DNA from: an uncultured Bacteroidota bacterium
Lineage (GTDB): Bacteria > Bacteroidota > Bacteroidia > Bacteroidales > WCHB1-69
Length of the DNA stretch: 64,000 nt
Direction: 5' to 3'
Assembly: GCA_902786595.1 (NCBI GenBank)
Contig: CADADB010000013.1
Span: forward strand, 12,225 to 76,224
Positions 1 to 7,559 of the stretch are shown piece after piece. The position numbers and the translations under genes were made by a program. Every line of letters begins with the position of its first letter. Position 1 is the stretch's first letter. A model generated the notes under the pieces. The model saw only the letters and a program-made list of their open reading frames with translations. It ran no database searches and had not been told where the DNA came from.

Positions 1-488
1 TCAATGATTCCCATTTGCTTGTCAAGAATCAGATAGGAGAGATAGAGATTGATCACCTGGGCCTTGATTTCATTCATGGCCAGGTCGATCTTATAGATTT
101 CGGCTTCGTTTTTCAAATGTTCGTAACGACGGCCGAAAAAGATTTTTCCTCCCTCAAACACAGTCTGTTCAAAATCAAGACCGATGTTGTATTGCATTTG
201 ATAAGGAAGGTTATTGTCGAAAGGGGAAACATCCGCATATTCTGTACCTTCCCATGGATTATGGGCGGACTGATAGGTGAAATTTCCATTGAGGGAAAGT
301 TTGGGGTATAGATGTGCCGATGCATTACCTAAGTTCTCTTTCAGAATCTGGCCGTTAAGGTCCTTCTGCACATTGGCTGAAGTCTGTGCGACCGCCCATG
401 TCTGACACTGGTCAATGGTGACATGTTCCTGCGCAAAGAGATGCATGCCAAAGGCCAACAAACACAGAATAGCATATAACTTATTCAT
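1..488 (-). CDS. TolC-family outer-membrane efflux protein, N-terminal part (rest of the gene lies left of the window)
   Basis: I translated the minus strand from ATG 488-486: MNKLYAILCLLAFGMHLFAQEHVTIDQCQTWAVAQTSANVQKDLNGQILKENLGNASAHLYPKLSLNGNFTYQS... This is a signal peptide followed by the TolC/OprM-type first repeat pattern. It is absent from the ORF track because it runs off the window edge. Confidence 0.55.
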   Translation of the reverse strand, partial: MNKLYAILCLLAFGMHLFAQEHVTIDQCQTWAVAQTSANVQKDLNGQILKENLGNASAHLYPKLSLNGNFTYQSAHNPWEGTEYADVSPFDNNLPYQMQYNIGLDFEQTVFEGGKIFFGRRYEHLKNEAEIYKIDLAMNEIKAQVINLYLSYLILDKQMGII

Positions 489-532
489 AATCAGTCATTA
501 CCTAAAATTACCACATGAATGATAACAAACCG

Positions 533-540
533 CAAAGGTA
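533..540 (-). promoter_or_regulatory. Bacteroidota -7 box (TACCTTTG on minus strand) for the TolC-like gene
   Basis: caaaggta at 533-540 is the reverse complement of TAnnTTTG. It lies 45 nt upstream of the ATG at 488. Confidence 0.55.
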
Positions 541-574
541 ATATTTTTTTTGATTGCGCGGACTCCTATATTTG

Positions 575-2917
575 TCAGCGAATGAGTGTGACAGACCCCG
601 TTTTCATCATTTTTTCATCAGGGGTGCCGATTTTCGCATAATGGATTTTCCAGAGATACACGCCTTGTGGTGCCGGTTTCCCTTGCACAGTGCCGTCCCA
701 GCCGATTTCCGGATTGTTGGTGTAGAATATCAGTTCACCTGTGCGGGCGTATATGGTAAATTCGTAATCAACCACATCATTCACCCGCGGCAAGAACACC
801 TCGTTTTTACCATCCGTATTGGGTGTAAAAGCGCTGGGTACAAAAAAGGCGAAGTTGTCTTCGACAGGCACCACTTGTATGGTATCGTCGGAACAGCCGT
901 CAGAATTGGTGACTGTCAATTGCACTGTCATTAAATCGCTTTCCGTCAAATGGTAAGCATGTGACGGTTCCTGCAAGTGTGAGGAGTGCCCGTCTCCGAA
1001 ATTCCAGGAATAGTTGGTGATATTCTCACCAGTGGAGAAATTGTAGAAGAACACCTCCTCGCCATTTTCGGGCTCGGCAGGGCTGAAAGTGAAATCCGCA
1101 TGAGGGAAGTCGGCGACATGGATGACATTGTTGTATTTGATGGAGTCGCTGCAGCCAGGGGCACTTTCCACCAGCAGGGAAATATCATAATAACCAGGTT
1201 CCGGCAACGACGTATGGATCGTGGACACAGAATCAATATAATTGAACGTGGAATCATTGGAAATGGTCCAATAGATCTTGGCATAATCAGGGGAATATTG
1301 GGTCTGCAAGGTCACCGGCAACGGCATACAGCCATGATCCGGAGTGTATGTGATGGTGAAGTCCGGCTTGGGCAAAATGGAGACCTGGACTTTCGCCGTG
1401 TCCCGCATACAGCCCCACTTGTCGGTGGCAACCACATAGTAGGTTCCATTCTGTGTGATATTGCAATCGGAGGACAACTGGTCGGGATTGGTGATTTCCG
1501 GAGCATTAATCCATTGATAGAAGGAAGGTGCCGTACCTCCGACCTGCTCCACCTCAATATGGTCAAGCATCTCGCACCGTGTGATGGCCGTATCACGCAA
1601 ACGGATGGTGTCGTTGGCGCGGAAATGCAAGGTAATGGTGTCGAACTTTTGGAAAAGATCCATCAGGTTTCCATATCCGGTACAGCCCTGCGTGACCACG
1701 TACAGTTTGGCCTCTTTCACTTGATTAGGATCAGGGAACTGCACGGTGGGGAGCATCTCCACATGCACTTGCTGGATAGTATCGCCAGCAGGGAAGAAGA
1801 AACTGTTGTCTTCAATGGAAATCTGCGTGCCGTCGGGCTTGAGCAAAGCGTAATCATAACCCAACACAGCATTGCCGCTTGTTTCAATAATAATGGAGGT
1901 ACTGGCCGTCAAAGCGGGGCGCTCAATTTTGAAAGTGAGATCCAAATCACGACAGTTCTGGACGAGCGTGTCACCCCCTTCTGCCGTTGCCCAATTCTGC
2001 TCCACCTTCACATGCGGGCTGTAAAAACTGCCCTCCTCGATGAACACGCCAGAATCGTAGGCGTTATCACCCACGTTGGCGAGACAAAGTTTCATGTGGT
2101 AGGTCTGACAGGAGAAGATGACGGACTGGGCGGACAGTGCGGTGGTGCGGCCATCGTATTGGATGCCGGGCGATCCTGCCGGGTTGTTCACGTAATACTG
2201 GGAATAAGGAGCGGAGCTGCCAGGAGGAATACAGTTGCTCGAACTTCCGGATGTTCCTGGACCGCTGTTAATGGAGTTGATGGCGACCGGGATTCCGTTT
2301 GGATTAGATGCAGTGATGGTGTTCGGGACGATGGCAACGTTCTTGGTGGTTGTGACGTAGGTCACCGGGTCTATGCCAGTCAGGAAGAAAGCGAACACAT
2401 CGTTGAAACTGGAACAGGCAAATTCGGGATACTCCTCCGAGGCGAAGATATAGTTGAAGGCGAAGGTGTCCGCCATGGCGATAAAGTCGAACTCCAACGA
2501 GGCGGAGCCGTTGATGTTTCCGGAAGCCAACGAGGAAAGGGCAGTCTCAGTGTAGTAATTGGTGACTGCGTCGCTCTTGCTTGTTTGATCGTTCGGACCC
2601 GCAGCCACACCGACTTTTCCCGTGGTCATCACAATACCCGTTTCAAATGGAAAGCTTGTGTATCCATTCCGGTTGAAAGAACCGATCTGTTGGTAGGTGA
2701 CGTTGCCCGTTTGGTTGTTAAACTTACCCACCTGCTCAGACGAAAACACCCCCTCATAAGGACAGCCGGATATCAACACCCCGTCACCTGCCAGATGCCG
2801 CTGTAATATCGTATCCACATGAGTTCCCACAAAGGAGGACACCGTTAGGTTCTGATTTTGTGCACCCGCAAAGGAGAACATCAAAAATACGAGGAAAAGT
2901 ACTGTATATCTTTTCAT
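575..2917 (-). CDS. Secreted multidomain surface protein with T9SS type-B (gliding-motility CHU_C-type) C-terminal sorting domain
   Basis: ORF 575..2989. I moved the start to Met25 (ATG 2917), which gives the signal peptide MKRYTVLFLVFLMFSFAGAQ. The N-terminal region looks like a choice-of-anchor-L domain (FDFIAMADTFAFNYIFASEEYPEF, DVFAFFLTG). A PKD-like repeat is present (NYSWNFGDGHSS). The C-terminus FFVPSAFTPNTDGKNEVFLP...GVYLWKIHY fits the type-B sorting domain. Confidence 0.8.
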   Translation of the reverse strand: MKRYTVLFLVFLMFSFAGAQNQNLTVSSFVGTHVDTILQRHLAGDGVLISGCPYEGVFSSEQVGKFNNQTGNVTYQQIGSFNRNGYTSFPFETGIVMTTGKVGVAAGPNDQTSKSDAVTNYYTETALSSLASGNINGSASLEFDFIAMADTFAFNYIFASEEYPEFACSSFNDVFAFFLTGIDPVTYVTTTKNVAIVPNTITASNPNGIPVAINSINSGPGTSGSSSNCIPPGSSAPYSQYYVNNPAGSPGIQYDGRTTALSAQSVIFSCQTYHMKLCLANVGDNAYDSGVFIEEGSFYSPHVKVEQNWATAEGGDTLVQNCRDLDLTFKIERPALTASTSIIIETSGNAVLGYDYALLKPDGTQISIEDNSFFFPAGDTIQQVHVEMLPTVQFPDPNQVKEAKLYVVTQGCTGYGNLMDLFQKFDTITLHFRANDTIRLRDTAITRCEMLDHIEVEQVGGTAPSFYQWINAPEITNPDQLSSDCNITQNGTYYVVATDKWGCMRDTAKVQVSILPKPDFTITYTPDHGCMPLPVTLQTQYSPDYAKIYWTISNDSTFNYIDSVSTIHTSLPEPGYYDISLLVESAPGCSDSIKYNNVIHVADFPHADFTFSPAEPENGEEVFFYNFSTGENITNYSWNFGDGHSSHLQEPSHAYHLTESDLMTVQLTVTNSDGCSDDTIQVVPVEDNFAFFVPSAFTPNTDGKNEVFLPRVNDVVDYEFTIYARTGELIFYTNNPEIGWDGTVQGKPAPQGVYLWKIHYAKIGTPDEKMMKTGSVTLIR

Positions 2918-3032
2918 TTGATTAATTATTTGCGATTTGAGAATTAAGGGGGCATCACTTCGATCTTGAGAAGCAAGAATCAAGGTCACTAGTTAGTATA
3001 TAACGAAAAGCATTCTCGATTGTTACAGTTCC

Positions 3033-5381
3033 CTATTCAATTTCAATCTCATCCACAAAGAGCCATGCCGGATGCCCGAAACCAGTGTGTTCTTTTGGAA
3101 GCTGATGCCCTGTCACACAGACTTTTACATATTGCGTGGTCATGGGCTCAAAAACAAGCTTGTAAGATTCAATGCTGTTGATATGGTCCCAGTCGGCGAG
3201 AGCGTAATGTTCCTCCGCCACCTTGTGGAAACGCTTGCCGTCATCCGACACATAAACGGCAAAATCCTTCGGGTTGTATATCCAGTCGTTGATGTTGATA
3301 AGACTGCTGAACGCAACTTGTTGTATCTCGGTGGGCTCCTGCAGGTCGATGGTGGCCTCCAACGGTGTGCCCCAGAAGCCGATCCAACGGCCGGTGCGGT
3401 AGTTCTGACTACCATGCAAGCCATCGATGAGCGTAGGCGCCCCCTCGTACGCGTAATTCTCATGCGGCGGCTCCGCCAGCGTCACCGGCTTCATCGAGGA
3501 TTTCGAGAAACGGAACTGCGTCTTGTACTCGGAAGTCTGACCGTCGGGACGAATCAGCACCGCTCGGAAGTCCGTATTTTTGCGTACCTCCACGATGTCG
3601 GAATAGAGTGTGCCCTTGGCCGGATCGCTGCCGTCGAGCGAGTAGCGGATTTCCCCTTCCCCGAATTTTGACAAGGCAATGGCAATGCATCCCTTTTCGT
3701 AATCTGGAGTCACCTCAGCTTGCAAGTCAAAGATGTGGTGCGCATAGTTGTAATGATACATGTCATATAGCTTAGCCATGCGGAAGCAGCGTTTCACAAA
3801 ACTCTCATAATCACGCTGTTCAGAATAACACCATTGCAATTCAGCGAGTGCGGCCATACGCGGAAGCGCATCGTATTCCACATCTTTGAAACTGTGGACA
3901 TACTCACCCCAGATATTGGCCTGCAGGCCTATGATATGGTGTTTCTGTTTTTCTGACAGCGCATCAGGCAGCGGGTTGAACGAATAGACACGCTCCACGG
4001 GCAGGTAGCCGTCGGCGAAAACCGGTTCTTCCTCGGGTGTAAGTGACTGCCCCTGACTGAAGTAGAGGTAGTCACCCGGGGTCATCACCACATCGTGGCC
4101 CTTCTTGGCGGCCTCAATACCACCGGAAGTGCCGCGCCAGCTCATGATCATCGCGCTCGGGCTGATGCTGCCTTCCAAAATCTCGTCCCAACCGATAACA
4201 CGGCGGCCACGTGCCTTCACCACATTCTCCATCCGGTTCATCACGTAGCTCTGCAAATGGTCTTCCGCTGAGAAACGCCCGTCATCATGCAGTCCGAGCT
4301 GCTGGATCTTTGCCTGGCATTTCGGACACTCTTTCCAACGGGTTTTCGGACACTCATCGCCGCCTATGTGGATGATGTCGGACGGGAACACGTTCATCAC
4401 TTCGTTGAGAACATCTTCCAGGAAGCGCATGGCTTCTTCGTTGCCGGCACAAATCACCTCATCCGTTACGCCCCAACGTTGCCACACCTCATAGGGGCCG
4501 CCCGTGCAGCCGTACTGCGGGTAAGTGGCCAACACCGCCTGCGTATGGCCGGGCAAATCAATTTCTGGGATAATGGTAATATGTCGATCGGCAGCGTAGG
4601 CCACCAAGTCACGAAGCTCATTCTGCGTGTAGAAGCCGCCGTGCCGCACACTGTCATATTGGTTGGTGTTCCGCCCCAGAACTGTGCCGTCGCGCCACGC
4701 CCCTATTTTCGTCAGCTCAGGATATTTCTTGATTTCCATACGCCAACCCTGATCATCCGTAAGATGGAAATGGAACTTGTTGATATTGTGCATCGCCATC
4801 ATGTCCAGATAGCGTTTCACGGAATCGATCGGGATGAAATGGCGGCTCACATCTAAATGCATGCCACGGTAGGCGAACTGCGGGAAATCCTGGACAGAGC
4901 CGGCAGGGAAATGCACCACGTCAACCTTTCCGATGGCGGGAATACTCTTGCGCAGCGTCTGGATGCCGTAGAAAACGCCAGCCGCATCGGTGCCGGCAAT
5001 CACGATGCGCTCCGGGGTGATGTCCATCTCATAACTTTCTGCATGGCCTTCCGCCTCCCCGCAATGTTTGTCGTCCACAAGCAGGAAAATGCCTGTTCGG
5101 ATGGATGCTTCGATCGGCTTGATCTTGAAATCTGTGCTCATAAGATCCGACAAGTATTGCGCCAGAAACTCGGCCTCGCGCCGCAAAGAGTCACCCTCAT
5201 CATAATAAATAATGGTATTCTTCGTCAACGCGAACGGTGTGTCTTTGTTCAAGTTTATATGCTTGGGAAGCGGAATCACTTGATAATCCGCTTCCGTAAT
5301 CTTCTGTTTACAACCCGTAAATAATCCGCAGCACAGTAATATGCACAAGACAAGACAGCATTTTGCGTATAATTTTCTCAT
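3033..5381 (-). CDS. GH20 beta-N-acetylhexosaminidase lipoprotein with C-terminal discoidin (F5/8 type C)-like domain
   Basis: GH20 motifs are present: RGMHLDVSRHF, FHFHLTDDQGWR, HIGGDECPKTRW. The start was moved to ATG 5381, giving the lipoprotein signal MRKLYAKCCLVLCILLCCGLFTGC. A -7 box lies 30 nt upstream. Confidence 0.9.
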   Translation of the reverse strand: MRKLYAKCCLVLCILLCCGLFTGCKQKITEADYQVIPLPKHINLNKDTPFALTKNTIIYYDEGDSLRREAEFLAQYLSDLMSTDFKIKPIEASIRTGIFLLVDDKHCGEAEGHAESYEMDITPERIVIAGTDAAGVFYGIQTLRKSIPAIGKVDVVHFPAGSVQDFPQFAYRGMHLDVSRHFIPIDSVKRYLDMMAMHNINKFHFHLTDDQGWRMEIKKYPELTKIGAWRDGTVLGRNTNQYDSVRHGGFYTQNELRDLVAYAADRHITIIPEIDLPGHTQAVLATYPQYGCTGGPYEVWQRWGVTDEVICAGNEEAMRFLEDVLNEVMNVFPSDIIHIGGDECPKTRWKECPKCQAKIQQLGLHDDGRFSAEDHLQSYVMNRMENVVKARGRRVIGWDEILEGSISPSAMIMSWRGTSGGIEAAKKGHDVVMTPGDYLYFSQGQSLTPEEEPVFADGYLPVERVYSFNPLPDALSEKQKHHIIGLQANIWGEYVHSFKDVEYDALPRMAALAELQWCYSEQRDYESFVKRCFRMAKLYDMYHYNYAHHIFDLQAEVTPDYEKGCIAIALSKFGEGEIRYSLDGSDPAKGTLYSDIVEVRKNTDFRAVLIRPDGQTSEYKTQFRFSKSSMKPVTLAEPPHENYAYEGAPTLIDGLHGSQNYRTGRWIGFWGTPLEATIDLQEPTEIQQVAFSSLININDWIYNPKDFAVYVSDDGKRFHKVAEEHYALADWDHINSIESYKLVFEPMTTQYVKVCVTGHQLPKEHTGFGHPAWLFVDEIEIE

Positions 5382-5409
5382 AATTTGACGATATTTCCAT
5401 TTGAAACGG

Positions 5410-5417
5410 CAAAGATA
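5410..5417 (-). promoter_or_regulatory. -7 box (TATCTTTG on minus strand) for the GH20 gene
   Basis: caaagata at 5410-5417. It forms a divergent pair with the box at 5445-5452. Confidence 0.6.
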
Positions 5418-5444
5418 GTTTTTTTTGATTAACAAAAAAAATTT

Positions 5445-5452
5445 TATCTTTG
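5445..5452 (+). promoter_or_regulatory. -7 box (TATCTTTG) for the gatE-gatD unit
   Basis: tatctttg at 5445-5452. It leaves a 5' leader of roughly 120 nt that contains the hairpin element at 5503-5540. Confidence 0.55.
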
Positions 5453-5502
5453 CGGCTGTTTTTTTTAGAAGCAACCCTCTTTGAACTTTGAACCTAATCG
5501 TT

Positions 5503-5540
5503 CTACCAAGCTCTTGCCCCTGACGGGGCTGCTCAAGGAA
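5503..5540 (+). repeat. Conserved ~38-nt hairpin element, copy 1 of 3
   Basis: CTACCAAGCTCTTGCCCCTGACGGGGCTGCTCAAGGAA. It is near-identical to 16988-17025 and 61882-61920. The core stem is GCCCC/GGGGC, extended by AGC/GCT. Confidence 0.85.
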
Positions 5541-5578
5541 AACTATTTGAATCTTTGAAACTTGAAACTATAAACGAT

Positions 5579-7525
5579 ATGCAAACCATCAATCCCCAAG
5601 AAAATTACGAGGCCACACGTGCCGCCATCGGCTATGTGGACCGCAAGGAGGCCACGCAGGCCGACTATGACCGCATCGGGTTTATGTCGGGGCTGGAAGT
5701 ACACCAGCAACTGGCCACCAAGGAGAAACTGTTCTGCCGCTGTCCCGCCGGCATCTTCCAGAAACCGGACCAGTTCGACGCGGAGCTGCTGCGTCACATG
5801 CGCCCCACCCTATCGGAGATGGGCGAATACGACGGCACCGCACTCATGGAGTTCAAGACGCGCAAGAACATCATCTACCGCATCGCCCACCGCACGGCGT
5901 GCACCTACGAGGTCGATGACACCCCTCCGTTCCCCATCAACCCCGAGGCGCTGCAATATGCCCTCGAAATCACCCTCGCCTCCAAGCTGAAAGTCGTGGG
6001 CGAGGTCCACATCACCCGCAAGCAGTACCTCGATGGTTCCATCCCGACTGGCTTCCAGCGCACCGCCATCCTCGGCATCGACGGCGAGATTCCGTTGCGC
6101 CACAAGAAGGTGCGCCTCATCCAGCTCAGCGTAGAGGAAGACGCCTGCCGAGAGGTTTCCGACATCGGACACACCCGCATCTACCGCACCGACCGTCTGG
6201 GAATGCCTCTGATTGAGACCGTTACGTATCCCGATATGGTGAATCCCGACGAGGTGGAGGAAGCCGGCAACGTGATTCGCTTCCTGAACCGCAGCACCGG
6301 CCGTGTGCGCACAGGCATCGGCGCAGGTCGTCAGGACGTGAACGTGAGCTGCAAGGGCGGCACCCGCATCGAGGTGAAGGGCGTGGCCCACACCAAATGG
6401 ATTCCGGAGGTCACCCACGTGGAGTGCTTCCGCCAGTGGGCATTGCTCGCCATCCGTGAGCAACTCAAGTCCCGCATCCAGAAAGAGGATTGGAAAATGA
6501 ACTATATGGAGCTCAACCCCAAGGAGTTCCACTTCTACTTCGACCCCATCACCGACGCTATCAAGCGCGGTGAGAAGGTCTATGCCGTCAACCTGCCGAA
6601 GTTCGCTGGTCTGCTGTCGCACTTCACGCAGCCCGGCCATCCGTTCTACTGCGAGTTCGCGGAACGGTTGAAGGTCATCGCCTGCATCGAGCGTCCGAAC
6701 ATGGCCACCAGCGAGGACCTGGAGGACGTGGTAAGCCGCAGCGTGTTCGAGAAGGCCGCCAAGGCGCTGAATGCCGGCGACAACGACGCGCAGATCATCT
6801 TCTGGGCGGCTGATGACGACGTGAAGACCGCCTTGGAAACCATCGAGGAGCGTGCCCTGATGGCATTCGACGGTGTGCCGCAGGAGACCCGCAAGGCCCT
6901 GCCCGACGGCACCACTATCTTCGAGCGTGTGCTGCCTGGCGCCGACCGCATGTACCCCGACACCGACTCCGCGCCCATCCCGCTCACCAACGACTACATC
7001 GAGGGGCTGCGCAAGAACATCCCCGAATCCATCGCCGACCGCTACGCCCAACTCGACCAGTGGGGCGTGCCCGCCGACTGCTACAAATATATCCTCACCT
7101 ACAACTACTTCCCGCTCATCAAGCACATCACCGACGAGCTTGGTGTCTGCCCGAAATATCTCGGCACCTTCTTCGGCCATCGGCTCAAACACCTGCACGG
7201 CCAGTACGGAAAGCTCCCGTTCTACGCCGAGCGTGTCTATGACCTCTTCGCTTTCCTGAAAGAGAAGGGGCTCGACAAATCCATCGCTCCCGACCTGCTG
7301 AAGCTGCTGTTCGAATATCCGACCGCCGACTTCACGGAACTACTGAAATTGTCCAATTACCGCAAGTGTACGAAAGAGGAAATCTTGTCGCAACTGAACG
7401 TTGCCGCAAATGCTTTCAAGCCCCGCCGCAAGCGCACTAATGAAACTGACAAACGCAATAGTCTCATAGGGTGTATACGTTCTATGGCAATCGGCAACAT
7501 TCCATTCACAGAGCTTGCCAAATAA
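5579..7525 (+). CDS. gatE: GatE-like protein (archaeal-type Glu-tRNA(Gln) amidotransferase subunit E family)
   Basis: The ORF starts with TTG at 5555; the first ATG is at 5579. GatB/E core motifs are present: GLEVHQQLATKEKLFCRCP, GMPLIETVTYPDMVNPDEVEEAG, GAGRQDVNVSCKGGTRIEVKGV. The length (~648 aa) fits GatE rather than the ~480-aa GatB, and the gene sits directly beside a GatD-like gene. Confidence 0.8.
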   Translation: MQTINPQENYEATRAAIGYVDRKEATQADYDRIGFMSGLEVHQQLATKEKLFCRCPAGIFQKPDQFDAELLRHMRPTLSEMGEYDGTALMEFKTRKNIIYRIAHRTACTYEVDDTPPFPINPEALQYALEITLASKLKVVGEVHITRKQYLDGSIPTGFQRTAILGIDGEIPLRHKKVRLIQLSVEEDACREVSDIGHTRIYRTDRLGMPLIETVTYPDMVNPDEVEEAGNVIRFLNRSTGRVRTGIGAGRQDVNVSCKGGTRIEVKGVAHTKWIPEVTHVECFRQWALLAIREQLKSRIQKEDWKMNYMELNPKEFHFYFDPITDAIKRGEKVYAVNLPKFAGLLSHFTQPGHPFYCEFAERLKVIACIERPNMATSEDLEDVVSRSVFEKAAKALNAGDNDAQIIFWAADDDVKTALETIEERALMAFDGVPQETRKALPDGTTIFERVLPGADRMYPDTDSAPIPLTNDYIEGLRKNIPESIADRYAQLDQWGVPADCYKYILTYNYFPLIKHITDELGVCPKYLGTFFGHRLKHLHGQYGKLPFYAERVYDLFAFLKEKGLDKSIAPDLLKLLFEYPTADFTELLKLSNYRKCTKEEILSQLNVAANAFKPRRKRTNETDKRNSLIGCIRSMAIGNIPFTELAK

Positions 7526-7555
7526 TTCTTAATTCTTAATTTTTAATTCTTAATT
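7524..7555 (+). repeat. Heptanucleotide tandem array (AATTCTT x 4.6)
   Basis: aattctt aattctt aattttt aattctt aatt. It overlaps the gatE TAA stop (7523-7525) and fills the gatE-gatD spacer. Confidence 0.9.
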
Positions 7556-7559
7556 GAAT

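Noticed and set aside
986-2806. 606-aa ORF on the plus strand, antisense to the 780-aa T9SS cargo gene.
   Set aside because: It is a shadow ORF of a GC3-rich gene. The R/G/H/V-rich composition is low in complexity, there is no promoter box or motif, and the opposite-strand product has clear domains.
5810-7198. 462-aa ORF antisense to gatE. The same applies to 7983..8474 and 8625..8987, antisense to gatD.
   Set aside because: These are typical stop-free antisense frames of GC-rich coding sequence. Their products are Gly/Ala/Val/Asp-rich with no recognisable fold, whereas the sense strand carries strong GatE/GatD motifs.
7524-7555. Whether the short tandem arrays could be a degenerate CRISPR array or minisatellite-encoded peptides.
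   Set aside because: The units are 7 nt with no spacers, each array totals under 60 nt, and no cas genes are present. The reading frames through them (for example 11364..11852 and the murG N-terminal extension 56880..56960) give SHSLSHS-type junk.
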